A DNA stretch of 64,000 bases from positions 310,001 to 374,000 of the forward strand of contig BCKZ01000015.1 in assembly GCA_001600815.1 (NCBI GenBank), read 5' to 3'. This stretch comes from Alloascoidea hylecoeti. Lineage: Eukaryota. Position numbers and translations under genes: made by a program. The notes under the pieces are model-generated. The model saw only the letters and a program-made list of their open reading frames with translations, did no database searches and had not been told where the DNA came from. Below, piece by piece: positions 47,807 through 59,992 of the stretch. Positions within the stretch are counted from its first letter, which is position 1. Each line of letters begins with the position of its first letter.

Positions 47807-49591
47807 ATGTCATCTACAGACCCAGAGAAAGGTATCAATGATATCGATCCTGTTGCTATTGATAGCAAAAAGTCTCGCAGAGTTTCTGTTGAGGAGCCCA
47901 AATCAGAGCAAATGTATAATGTCTATACAGATAATGCTGGTGGTTCTAGATGGGAAAATTTTAAAGATTCATTTAGGAGGTTTGAGACAGAAGCTCTGGA
48001 TCCAAATCTAACTGAAGAAGAAAAGAAAATGGTTATTACAGCCTCAGCGCCATTATCAAAATCGTTAAAAAGTAGGCATATTCAAATGATTGCTATTGGA
48101 AGTTGTATAGGTACTGGTTTATTTGTTGGTTCAGGAACAGCTTTGAAAACAGGTGGCCCATTAGGGGTCATTCTTGGATGGAGTATTATAGGGTCAGCAG
48201 TATTTTGTACTATTCAATCCTTGGGTGAATTGGCAGTTGCTTATCCCATGCCAGGTGCTTTTACAACACTAAGTAATAAATTTATTGATTCTTCATGGGC
48301 TTTTGCCCTTGGATGGATTTATTCTATACAATGGTTGGCAACTTTACCATTAGAATTGGTAGCATCTTCTATCACTATTAAATATTGGGAGAAGGACATT
48401 AGTTCAGCAGCATTTGTTGTTATTTTCTATGTGCTAATTGTGGTCATTAATTTATTTGGAGCTAAAGGTTATGGTGAAGCTGAATTTTGGTTTTCATTAA
48501 CTAAAGTCGTCACATTGTTGGGGTTTTTCATCTTAGCTATTGTTTTAATATGTGGTGGTGGACCAAGTCAAGGCTATATTGGAGCTAAATACTGGCACGA
48601 TCCTGGATGTTTAGCTGCTGGCTTTAAAGGTGTTTGTAGTGTTTTTGTAACTTCGGCATTCTCATACATTGGCACTGAAATGGTTGGTATAACGGCAGCA
48701 GAAACAGGTAATCCCCAGAAGACAATTCCAGCTGCTACTAAACAGGTATTTTGGCGTATTATATTTTTTTACATTACGTCGTTATTAATGGTTGGATTTT
48801 TGGTTCCTTATACACAGAAAGAGTTGTTATCTTCCAGTAGTGCAGATGCATCTGCTTCGCCATTTGTTTTAGCCATTGTTAATGCAGGAATTAAAGGTTT
48901 ACCATCAGTTATTAATGCTGTTATTATGATCGCTGTGGTGTCCGTTGCAAATTCTTCCGTATATGCCTGTTCCAGAACGTTACAGGGAATGGCAGACTTG
49001 GGGTTTGCACCCAAGATACTTGGCTACGTCGACAAGAAGGGACGGCCACTGACGAGTTTGATATTGACGTTATTTATTGGGCTATTGTGCTTTGTTTGTG
49101 CATCGCCACAAGAGGGAGAAGTGTTCGCCTGGATGATGGGAATCGCGGGTCTTGCTGGGATTTTAGTTTGGATGTCGATTTCCATCTGTCACATAAGGTT
49201 CCGTGCAGCTTTGAAGAGACAGGGCCGTGGTACGGCAGAATTGGCATTTGTATCGAAGACCGGAATATGGGGGTCTGCCTACTCGGTACTTATCAATGTC
49301 CTGATGCTAGTTGCACAATTTTGGGTCGCTTTGTACCCAATTGGAGAGCAGCCGGATGCGGCTGTGTTTTTCAAGGCATATCTGACGATTCCAGTAACGT
49401 TGGTTTGCTACTTTGGACATAAGATATACACTAAGAACTGGAAATTTCTCATTCCAATTTCTGATATCGATCTTGATATCGGCCGGAAGCAGTTTGATTT
49501 AGATGTTTTGAAGCAGGAACTTGAGGATGACAGAGCTTATATCCGATCTAAGCCCTTTTATTATAAATTGTACCGCTTATTGTGGAATTAA
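47807..49591 (+). CDS. Amino-acid permease (YAT family, Gap1-like), copy 2 (tandem paralog)
   Basis: Same motifs; collinear with copy 1 through to the C-terminal LWN. Confidence 0.94.
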   Translation: MSSTDPEKGINDIDPVAIDSKKSRRVSVEEPKSEQMYNVYTDNAGGSRWENFKDSFRRFETEALDPNLTEEEKKMVITASAPLSKSLKSRHIQMIAIGSCIGTGLFVGSGTALKTGGPLGVILGWSIIGSAVFCTIQSLGELAVAYPMPGAFTTLSNKFIDSSWAFALGWIYSIQWLATLPLELVASSITIKYWEKDISSAAFVVIFYVLIVVINLFGAKGYGEAEFWFSLTKVVTLLGFFILAIVLICGGGPSQGYIGAKYWHDPGCLAAGFKGVCSVFVTSAFSYIGTEMVGITAAETGNPQKTIPAATKQVFWRIIFFYITSLLMVGFLVPYTQKELLSSSSADASASPFVLAIVNAGIKGLPSVINAVIMIAVVSVANSSVYACSRTLQGMADLGFAPKILGYVDKKGRPLTSLILTLFIGLLCFVCASPQEGEVFAWMMGIAGLAGILVWMSISICHIRFRAALKRQGRGTAELAFVSKTGIWGSAYSVLINVLMLVAQFWVALYPIGEQPDAAVFFKAYLTIPVTLVCYFGHKIYTKNWKFLIPISDIDLDIGRKQFDLDVLKQELEDDRAYIRSKPFYYKLYRLLWN

Positions 49592-49802
49592 TCTGTATGT
49601 TTATGTTAAATTTTATATAATGAATATAAATAAGTTCTAATGAATTCTTTGTGTCTTGACAATAAGAAAATTACGTATACCTGAGATAAGACACGTGCAC
49701 CTGTCATTGAATTCAGTCAAACCTTAACAGTTATAAATGCCCACCTTCCCCTTTTTTACTTCTTTTCTTTTCTGATTTACTATCTGGTTCTTCTCTCGCA
49801 AT

Positions 49803-52656
49803 ATGGTCTTCAATAAACTAGCAAAGTCGGTTTTGGGTCTTGTTCCGGATGCAGTCTCAACACAAGCTGATCGTTATTTCAACGCCAATCATCGCCATGA
49901 TGAAGCACATGAAATTGAAGCTGATAATAAGCGTGAAGCTGAGAAAATGAGCCACAGATTTGTGTATGTTCTTTATAATCAATAATTGCAATTGCGTTTA
50001 TATAATTAATTGTCTGTCATCTAGCTATCTAACTTAAATTTTCTTTGCAGATCTTTTTCCCCTGTGACAGAAAGAAATTCAGCAAAGTGGTATGTGGGTG
50101 GTAAGTAATAAATCGATCATCCTTCCAATTACAGTGATTCCGGCGTTTTAGAACTGGTAACCAATGTTTTTGTCCACAAGATTTACTTTTATTTCGCCAC
50201 GATCATGGTCATTGATGTGTACATACAAAATAAGGTTTCGATCTCAAACTAACCATTCTCAATGACATAGGCCATGATTATATGGGTGCCGTTGCTGATG
50301 CCATCGAAAGTGCCGAGTCCGAAATTCTAATTTTAGATTGGTGGTTGTCTCCTGAACTAGTACGTCTTATTTTTATTTGTAATTACTCCTTCAAAGAACT
50401 AGCTAACATATTTAAAAGTATATGAAAAGACCACCAGCTGAAAATGAACAATGGCGTCTTGATAGAACTTTACTGAGAGCAGCTGAACGTGGTGTGAAGA
50501 TTTATATTAGTGTATATAAAGAAGTTCAACAAGCGTTACCATTACAATCAATCCATACAAAACACTTGTTAGAGGCTTTACATAAAAATATAGTTGTTAT
50601 GCGTCATCCAAATCATACTGTTCTTGAGGGTGTTAATATCACTTTATATTGGGCACATCATGAAAAATTATGTGTTATTGATCGTACATTGGGATTTGTT
50701 GGTGGGTTAGATTTATGTTATGGTAGATGGGATTTACATCATCATCCAATTGCTGATTATCATCCTGATGAACCTGAATTGGAAGTTTTCAAAGGTCAAG
50801 ATTATAATAATGCGAGAATTTCAGACTTTACAAATGTTGATAAACCATATGAAACCCAAACAATTGATAGAAGATTATATCCAAGAATGGGATGGCAAGA
50901 TCTTTCATTTGAAGTCCATGGTGAAGTTGTTGATTATTTGGTAAGACATTTTGTTGAAAGATGGGAATTCTTGAGAGTTTTTAAATATTCAAGTAGAAAA
51001 AAGTACGGTGCTTTATCTGCAAAGGATAAATTTGATGATAAAACTGCAAGAGCTCAAGAAAAATTAAGAAGAAAAATGCATTCATTAAAATTAAAAGGTC
51101 AAGATTATTATGACAAATATGTTGATGATGATGATGATACTCATAATAAGCATAAACATCAGCGACAGCAAGAGGAGGAAGATGAGGAAGCAAGACAGGT
51201 TATATCTGATGATGAAGATGACGACATTAGGAATGCTGGGCAACGAAAATTATTTGATGATTTATCCGATCATGAGAATGATTCTTCTTCTTCTTCTTCA
51301 AGTGATGAGGAAGGAGCAAGAGGTAAGCGTGTGGCTCATAATGTTAAAAAAGATTGGGGTACTGCAAAGATTCAAGTTTGTAGATCGATTAGTGATTGGT
51401 CCCATGGATTTTTAACAGAGAAATCAATTCAAAATGCTTATGTTGAATTATTTGCAAAAGCAAAACATTCAATCTATTTAGAAAATCAATTCTTCATTGC
51501 TGGTACAAAAGAACATAATGATGATTTACCTTTTCAAAATTTAATTGGTGATGCAATTGTACAAAGAATTTTAATTGCTGCAAGATCAGATGAAAAATTT
51601 AAAGTAATCATTGTCATACCTGCAATCCCAGGTTTTGCTGGTGATTTAATGTTACCTGAAGCTGAAGGTACTCGTGTTATAATGAGTTTCCAATATAGTT
51701 CAATTTGTCGTGGTGGTTCTTCGATTATTGAAAGAATTAGAAAAGCTGGTTATAATCCTGATAATTATATTAAGTTCTTTTGTTTAAGATCTGTTGATAG
51801 AATTAAATATAGTGGATCACCCAAAGATGTTAAATTTTCAAAACCAAATGATAATACTGCTGTAATTCCTGAAGATGTTAAAGAACCTGTTGCAATGAAA
51901 GATTCTGATCGACTCCCACCATCTGTATCATCAACTGTTTTGGTCGATGGCCCAGATTTAGAAAATCTTGATTGGAGAGGTGAAGAAGATTCTGGTGTAT
52001 TTGGGTTTGTTTCTGAACAACTTTATATTCATTCAAAACTGATGATCGTTGATGATACAACAATTATCTGTGGTAGTGCAAATATCAATGACCGCTCACA
52101 ATTAGGTGATCACGATTCTGAAATAGCAATTGTTATTGAAGATCAAAAAGATACAATTAATGCAACCATTGATGGTGAAACAAGAAGAGTTAGTAGATTA
52201 GCAGCTAGTTTAAGAAGATTCTTGATTAGAAAACATCTGGGATTGATTGCACCACAAGATCCTCATTATACTGCGGATCCAATTTCTCAATTAAATTATG
52301 ATTATGGTTCACAAGCTGATTTATTAGTTGAAGATCCTGTTTCTGAAGAATTATGGGGGTACATTGATAGAGTTTCAAAATCAAATGAAAAAGTATTTGA
52401 AAAATTATTCCATACTGTTCCGTCAAATAGAGTTAAGAATTGGGAACAATACAGAGATTGGACTAGTCAAGTCGAAGTTTATAATCATGTTATAAAATCT
52501 TTAAATGATGACGATTGGAAAGATACAGTTTATAATGAAGTTTCAAAAATCCAAGGATTCATTGTCCCATTTCCTTATGATTTCTTACGTGAAGAACCTG
52601 AAATTGCTGCAAAGAGTATTTCTTATAATGAGATGACTGCTGCTGTTTATGCTTAA
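49803..52656 (+). CDS. Phospholipase D with two HKD motifs and no PX/PH domains; exons 49803-49963, 50051-50100, 50271-50359, 50419-52656
   Basis: Three introns (GTATGT..CAG, GTAAGT..TAG, GTACGT..AAG, each with CTAAC) splice to HRFVSFSP..KWYVGGHDY..ILDWWLSPELYMKRPP. Catalytic motifs HHEKLCVID and YIHSKLMIVDD..GSANINDRS. Confidence 0.92.
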
Positions 52657-52988
52657 GCGCTATCATATGTTCGTATTTTGGGAATTGGTATATAATATTA
52701 GTATAATTTATATAGTAGTGATTATTATTTCATGATGAATCTGACTTTCTCTTTTCTTGAGCTTCATAGATACATGCAATTTCGCTTTGTATTTAATTAC
52801 AAATGTCATACGTACACAATTGATAGTGAAGGGAAAGTATGAATTAAATTATATCAAAATTTAAAATAAACCTTTCGCTATAAATTATAATTTATCTGCA
52901 ACTAAACGACCCTTCCATTTTATATCTTATAGTTAATTACAAGGTAATGACATGAATAGGCATTTTCATTAAAGACTTTTGACGGTAT

Positions 52989-53453
52989 TTACTTCTTCTT
53001 TGGACCACCTAATGGTTGGCCAATTGCCTTTCCTCGTAATTTAACGCCCAAAACTCTCTCCAGTTTACCTAATAATTGTTGATTTGGAACAACTCTACCC
53101 ATTTCGTAATCATTAATAACATTTGCCTTTTCATTAACCCTAACAGCTAAATCTTTCTGCGTTAATTTTTTCTCGGATCTGGCGGCGGAGATAACTTTAC
53201 CAACACTCATGTCCAATTTTGCAGGAGGTGCAACTTCATTATCTCTATCAACTTTTGCAAGTCTTTGACCTTCAGTGTCTACATTTTGCTTATTACCAGT
53301 TTGATATTTCTTTTCAACTGCCACCACATTACCAGATCTTCTCGCTGTATTGATTGCCGAGTTTGATTTAGCAACAGTAGCACGAGGACCGCCACCGCCG
53401 ACTTTTGCACGTGAGCCAATAATTGTAACGGAATCCCAATCTTGATTACTCAT
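52989..53453 (-). CDS. MBF1: Multiprotein bridging factor 1
   Basis: DWDSVTIIG..EGQRLAKVDR..TQKDLA..VNEK..NDYE.G...PNQQLLGKLERVLGVKLRG. Confidence 0.96.
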   Translation of the reverse strand: MSNQDWDSVTIIGSRAKVGGGGPRATVAKSNSAINTARRSGNVVAVEKKYQTGNKQNVDTEGQRLAKVDRDNEVAPPAKLDMSVGKVISAARSEKKLTQKDLAVRVNEKANVINDYEMGRVVPNQQLLGKLERVLGVKLRGKAIGQPLGGPKKK

Positions 53454-53742
53454 TGTTTATATTCTTGATATGATGTTTGGTTTGTGGGTTGTTGTTGTTC
53501 TTTCTGTATGTGTAACACGGTTAATGCCTTAAATCGCTGTGAAGTAGAACGAAATAAACGAAGAAAGTTGTGATTTGTGAAGAAGAGATCAAAAGACGAT
53601 CGTCGAAGAATAAATATGAAATTTTTACCCGGCCGAATGAGTAATTATGAGTAGTTGCTGACTAATGCAGTGGATCCGGGTAAACTGTCTATTTGGCTGA
53701 TGATATTAATATTGAACATGTTATCGGATAGACATATATATA

Positions 53743-54767
53743 ATGAAGAAACTGCAATTGAGGACCACCACCCATATAATTGACTATTATCCGGCTGACT
53801 CCCTGAATCCTCCGTTCTATTCCATCTCACTCTCCACGGAACCTGAATACGCTGTCATTCAACCACTCACATCTGAGTGTACCATTGTTCCAAAACCAGT
53901 CCTTGAAGATACAGCTGACCATGGGGGAATTCTTCTACAAATAAACAATAATCCCCTGGGACTCGTCAGGAATCCAGATATAGAATTTGCCACATTTCTA
54001 GCGAGGTGGCGTGATGGTCTAGCCTACTTGGAAGACAGAGAAATGTCAGACCAAAACCAGGATGAAAAGGAACACCAATTGCAAGAGAATAGGGTCAATA
54101 ATAAAATCCCTAGGGGATCACATGCCCATCCTCTATTACCTGCAATGTTGAATGAGAACAAAGCAAAGTTTCTAACTAATACTGATGTTACAATGAGGAT
54201 TATTTCTTGGAACATAGGGGGTGTTTTACCACCTGATCATCTAAGTCTAAAATCCCTACTAAATAATCTCAATGAGGATCATGATTATGATATTTACGTT
54301 ATTGGTTTACAAGAAACAATTCCTTTAAATGCTAAAAACCTTTACTCATCACCAAAATTAGTTGAACAGTGGTCCCATTTAATCCTTCATAATCTTTCAA
54401 CTCCTGAAAAATATAAACTTATTGCCTCAAATAGATTGTTAGGTTTATCTACCATTATAATTGCATCTGATAGGATTTCTTCTCAAATCTCGGATATCAG
54501 AACGGATACTGTCGGTACGGGTTTATTTGGTCTATGGGGTAACAAAGGAGCAATTGCAATTAAATTTCAAATTGCGAAGGATGAAAATGCAATGATTGAA
54601 GGGACTAATGTTATCTTGTTAAATATGCATCTTGCTGCTGGCGAAGGTGCTGAATCCATATTACAACGAAGACGGGAATTGGAAACAATACAGGAGAGAT
54701 TTCTTTCAGGGAGCTTTCCTACCGGGGAAATCAAATTATTCGATACTGCCCCGAATGATTTAGTTGT

Positions 54768-54809
<42 letters not shown>

Positions 54810-56574
54810 CGATGATGATGACGATGATGAAAATATTCAAATGGAGGATGCTGTCAGTTTGGGAAGAACACCTATCATTTCTCGATCTACCACTTTCAAC
54901 TCAACCTTTTCCGGAGCTACTGCTGTTAATAATAATAATACCAATAATACCAATAATATCAATAATATCAATAATACTGTTACTAATATTGATGTCAACC
55001 CACAAGTAATAAGTGAGGGGGACTTCCAATCTCCTGTAAATAAACCTGGCGGTAACAGTTCAATAACAAACAATAAAACCAATATTAAGTACATTCAAAA
55101 ACAAGCAGTTATAAATCCACATCTTTTTGTATTTGGCGATCTAAATTATCGAATTGGTCTTGATTCTCAAACAACAAGAAATTTATTATTTCAAAAAGAT
55201 TATCAAACAATATTGAAATTTGATCAATTAACAAGAGAGAAAAACTCTCAAACGATTTTCTTAGGTTTAAAAGAAGGAGATATTACTTTTCCTCCTTCTT
55301 ATAAATATGATATTGGAACAAGTAATTTTGATTCTTCTGAGAAGTTTAGAGTGCCCTCATATACTGATAGGATTCTATATTCAGATACGCATAAAAATAA
55401 TAACACTGACGATGATGATGATAATAATAATAATGGGATTGTTTGTAATTATTATGGAATTAATTCCGAGTTTAATATTTCCGATCATAAACCTATATTT
55501 GGAGATTTTAAATTTAATATGGACATAATTGATAATGATAAAAGGCAAATATTATTAAAAGAATTATTAAGAAAAATCGATTATCAAGAGAATTTAATGA
55601 GACCATCTGTTGAAGCAGAGCCAATTGAAGATCGAGTTAATGATGCAAAAATCTTATGTCAATCTCATTCACAATTAAAACTTATAAACACTGGTCCATC
55701 TCTAATTAATTGGGAAGTTATTGATTTCGATAATTTACTTCTTCAAGAAGAAGATGATGATAATAATACCTATAAAGATGATGATATATTTAAAATTGAA
55801 CCAACTAGTGGAATTTTACCAATAGAAGCACATTCATATATTCATATATATAGTACTCCACCACTATCATCAGCTGATCAATTACTTTCCAAAACATTTA
55901 TTTTAAGAATTAAGGATTCACAAGACATTTTTATTACTAGAGATTTTAAAGTATTGCCATCTTGTTTTGGTTTATCATTAAGCGAACTATCCCTTTACCC
56001 AAATGGTGTTCGAAATGGTTTACCCAGTCCTAGTGCTGAGGGTAAACCGCAATTGCAACATGCACAAGGTAGTAGCATTCCTAAAGAAATTTGGAAATGT
56101 GTTGATTTTCTATGGTCAAGGAGTTCACCAAGTTTATTTAATAATAGAGAATCTGATACACGATTGGAAGCTGAAATACGTGAACAATTAGATTCAGGAA
56201 AAGATTTTGATATTGAAAGACTAGAAGCAATAAATAAAGCAAATTTTAATAGAGCTTCAAGAGCAGTATTATCAACACTTTTATTATTATTAAAAAATAT
56301 AGATGGTGGAATTATTGGCCCTGAACATTATGATACTGTATTATTAGGTACTACTGGTGGTGATACAATACTTGAAGTACTACCAAATGTAAATGCAAAT
56401 GTTTTAATATATCTTTGTTCATTCATAAGAATGAATATTGAAAATAAAGGTGTTCCAAAAGAATTGATTTATAGAATCTTCAGAAAGGCTATACTGAGGA
56501 AACCAATGGGGATTAAGGAACCGGTTAAGGATAAAGTTAAACAAGATGAGTTTTTTGAAGAACTGTTTATGTAA
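53743..56574 (+). CDS. Inositol polyphosphate 5-phosphatase with C-terminal ASH/RhoGAP-like region (OCRL/INPP5B-like)
   Basis: ISWN, IGLQE, WGNKGA, GDLNYRI, PSYTDRILY and SDHKPI motifs, then D.FI..PSCFG.SL..L and SIPKEIWKCVDFL. Confidence 0.87.
54772..54828 (+). repeat. (GAT/GAC)n coding repeat giving poly-Asp
   Basis: Directly visible; an Asn-rich AAT tract follows at ~54928-54975. Confidence 0.9.
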
Positions 56575-57770
56575 AAATTAGTGATACTAATATTTGTTTT
56601 TTTTATCATGATCAATCAGCGTTTATAATAATCAAGCTTGAGATAAAGTAATGTCATGATCATGATCATGATCATGTATTTAATGTTACACTTATATCAA
56701 ATTAAAATTATTATTCCCTTAAAAATTAATTAATCTATTGATATTGAATTTGCATTTAAATGTTTTTAAAACTATGTAACTCGGAATCACATATAATTAT
56801 TAACAGGTTTAATGTTTTAAGACAGCATTAATTAATGAACATACTAAACGCCCTCAATTATACGTGTTCACGTGCCCATTGGAATTTCCAACATTAATAA
56901 TGGTCTAGGAGTTATAATTAAGCTGATGTTGTCGTAAGATTAAGTAAAAAAGAATAGTTACTCCAAGTTTATAAAGAGGGGTAATGATACCTGACAGTTA
57001 CAATCAAGTATGATTTGCTATCGAAATCGGCGATTTATTCTACGGGTGAGAAGTATCCTCTTTTATTATAGGTAAAAACAGAGACTTGTTTATATGTAGG
57101 TTATATTTGTTTTTGATCGTATATTCACGAAATCCGTAATTTGGCACTTATTTTTTAAAATGACCTTGAAATGGTAGTAATGACATGATTAGCTATATGT
57201 ACAGACACCACTGTCACACCAGTATAGTTGCAACAGTTGCAAATATAATCAGCTGCATATCCGTATATTAAATCTCCTGAAGCCTTTGATCATTCTTTCT
57301 CGATAATAAGTTATTAATCACAGAAATAACTAATGTTAGCGCATATATATACAGGTCTATAAATATTATTTCTTCATATATTCCCTAGAAAATCAATTAT
57401 AAAAATATGTGTGTCTCAAGTAAATGATACATAGACATGCATATACCCTTTTTGGTATCAGATCAAAAAAATATTTATAAATTTCTGTTGATAAGCTATA
57501 TTTTTTGATCTATTTTGGGAATAATAAATTAGAATCATTCTTATGAAGCTTTGATTGCGTGAATAATTAACAAATAATATTAGTGATCTTGGATGATCCT
57601 TCGTTATTGTTATTTCAAATCATATTTTACTATAAAATGAGTAGAAAATCACCTTCTTTTCAAATTCCTTATAGTTATCTTTGAAGTCATTCATAAATCA
57701 GTCTTTAATTTTTAACATTCGTTTCCTTCGCTTATTAATTCTAATTTTTAAATCTACAACATCATTAAAA

Positions 57771-58292
57771 ATGAAATTTTCTGTTGCTACTCTTGCTCTT
57801 GTTGGTGCCGCTTCTGCCATCGTATCTAATGAAACTGTCTCAACTGTTACTTACACCTCAGTTATTGACACAGTCGTCACCAAGTTCACTACTTATTGTC
57901 CAGCAGCTACTCAAATTGTTGTTAACAATAAGACTATCACAGTCACAAGTGAGACTTTATTAACTATCACTGACTGTCCATGCACCATCCAGAAGACAAC
58001 TGCTATCACTACTACGGTTCCATGCTCCACTAGCATCTCAGTTCCAGTCACAAGTGAAACTACAGCTCATGTATCTACTCCTAGTGTTACTCCTGTCAAG
58101 AACAGTACTGTCTCAGTAGTAGAATCCACTACTGCTGCTACTACACCTGTTACAATTACTAGTAGTGAAGCTGTTTCTACACCTGTTGAAACCACATCAG
58201 CCCCATCGGTTCCCGTTGCTACAGGTGCTGCTAATAAGGTTGGCTACGCAGGTTTAGCTGGTGCTTTGGCTATTGCTGCATACTTCTTATAA
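57771..58292 (+). CDS. GPI-anchored Ser/Thr-rich cell-wall protein (Ccw12/Sed1-like)
   Basis: Signal peptide MKFSVATLALVGAASA, TTYCP..LTITDCPCT motif, and GAANKV plus hydrophobic GPI tail. ATG at 57771. Confidence 0.9.
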   Translation: MKFSVATLALVGAASAIVSNETVSTVTYTSVIDTVVTKFTTYCPAATQIVVNNKTITVTSETLLTITDCPCTIQKTTAITTTVPCSTSISVPVTSETTAHVSTPSVTPVKNSTVSVVESTTAATTPVTITSSEAVSTPVETTSAPSVPVATGAANKVGYAGLAGALAIAAYFL

Positions 58293-58948
58293 GTTTGATC
58301 ATTTGATAATGAGATTCAAATGTGATTGGTTCTAATTAATTTCTCAATTCTTAATGTTTATAAAGACGATACGAGAGTTTTACGTTTCTCTTTTCTCTTT
58401 TGCTTCTTTAACTTCAAGATCAAATTCTTGCATTGTTTAAACTGTTTTGATTTCGAATCAGTTAATTTGTTCAAATGCTAATGCTGTGTGATATTGTTAT
58501 ATTACTAATGATTTTTTTGTGCTAATTCTTGTTCACGTTTTACTTTGTTGTAATTTGCTATTTTGTTTCTAAGTGAATATAAATTTAATATTTCAATTTA
58601 TATATGTTTAATAATAATAATTAATCAATAATAATATTAGTTACAGAAGTTCAGAGTAGACATTACGTACGTTTAATTATATGTTTGATTTGTAAACATT
58701 ATTATATATCGATATAAGGTTTATACGTATGGCACTGTGTGCACTGCTAATGAAAAGTCCGTTATACAGTATATATATATATATATATGGTATTACCTTT
58801 AGCGTTTATATATAAGCTTTATTGTATATATATTATATAGTGTATCCGGCAATTTTCGCTATTTGGATGTGGATCAAACCTTTCGTTAAATTAGAGACAA
58901 ACAACTATCGCCAAAATAATTCTAATATATATCAGATGATGTGACAGC

Positions 58949-59992
58949 TCAAAGTTTGGATACTTGAGTGATTAACTTCCCAGTATTGACACCTCTAAAT
59001 AAACCAGTCCAAACTTCGGGAACTTTAGCAAAATCATCACTAATATCTACTAAGGTAGAGCTATTTTCAATTTTAATTTTTCCTGCTTTAATAAAAGTCA
59101 CAAGTTCTGAAATACCGGTCACAAAATCTTTAAAGAAATCACTAACAATAAAACCATGAATATGTAAACGGTTTGTCGTAACAAACCCCCAGTTTTTAAT
59201 GTACGATTCATTTGTATTATTATATCCTGATATTGAACCACATGCAACAACGGTTCCTCCAACAGCCATCAAAGTGAAACCTAAATCAAGAATTTTACCA
59301 CCAATGTTATCAAAGAAAAGGTCGATTTTATCCTCACCTAAAGCCTTTTTGAGATCCTTAGCAAATGTGGAAGATTTATAATCAATAGCATAATCGGCAC
59401 CCAAAGATTTGACATAATCTGCTTTAGCTGATCCACCAGCGATTCCAATAACTTTTTTGGCTCCTATCACGTGCTTAGCCAATTGCACAACTACCGATCC
59501 TGTTGCACCAGCAGCAGCCGAAACAAGGATAACTGTGCCCTTTTTAGCACCACCAACTCTGGTAAGACCAAAATAAGCAGTTAGTCCTGTCATACCAGCA
59601 ATACCAAGATATGCTGTTAAAGGTAATTCATCTGAAACCTTTCGTAAAGAATCTGTATCGGCAAAAATGGAGTACTGAGACCATCCAATCATACCAACGA
59701 TATAATCCCCAACAGAATATTTAGAAGATTTGGATTCAACAACTTTGGCAATTCCCTGAGCTTTCATCACATCCCCCTCATAAACTGGAGCAGTATACTT
59801 TGCTTTTCCCGGTGCGATCCAACTTCTCTGTGCTGGATCGTTTGAAATATATACAGTTTTCACAAGAATTTGACCTTCTTTTAATGGTGCTAATTCTGTC
59901 TCAACATATTTAAACGTAGCATCCGGAGAGTTATTAAGGACGACATCGCCAAAATGACGTCGGTTGAGAAGATATTGCTTTGTTTTAGTCAT
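58949..59992 (-). CDS. NADP-dependent alkenal/prostaglandin reductase-like MDR (YML131W-like)
   Basis: SNDPAQRSW, GMTGLTAYFG, VSAAAGATGS, FFDNIGG, CGSISGYN and GVNTGKL motifs. Confidence 0.9.
   Translation of the reverse strand: MTKTKQYLLNRRHFGDVVLNNSPDATFKYVETELAPLKEGQILVKTVYISNDPAQRSWIAPGKAKYTAPVYEGDVMKAQGIAKVVESKSSKYSVGDYIVGMIGWSQYSIFADTDSLRKVSDELPLTAYLGIAGMTGLTAYFGLTRVGGAKKGTVILVSAAAGATGSVVVQLAKHVIGAKKVIGIAGGSAKADYVKSLGADYAIDYKSSTFAKDLKKALGEDKIDLFFDNIGGKILDLGFTLMAVGGTVVACGSISGYNNTNESYIKNWGFVTTNRLHIHGFIVSDFFKDFVTGISELVTFIKAGKIKIENSSTLVDISDDFAKVPEVWTGLFRGVNTGKLITQVSKL

Noticed and set aside
49350..52045. Alternative CUG decoding (Ser or Ala)
   Set aside because: CTG falls at conserved Leu positions (permease AYLTIP; PLD HSKLMIVD), consistent with the standard code.
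54764..55528. Poly-Met and poly-Ile ORFs
   Set aside because: Alternative frames of the GAT and AAT repeats in the 5-phosphatase.
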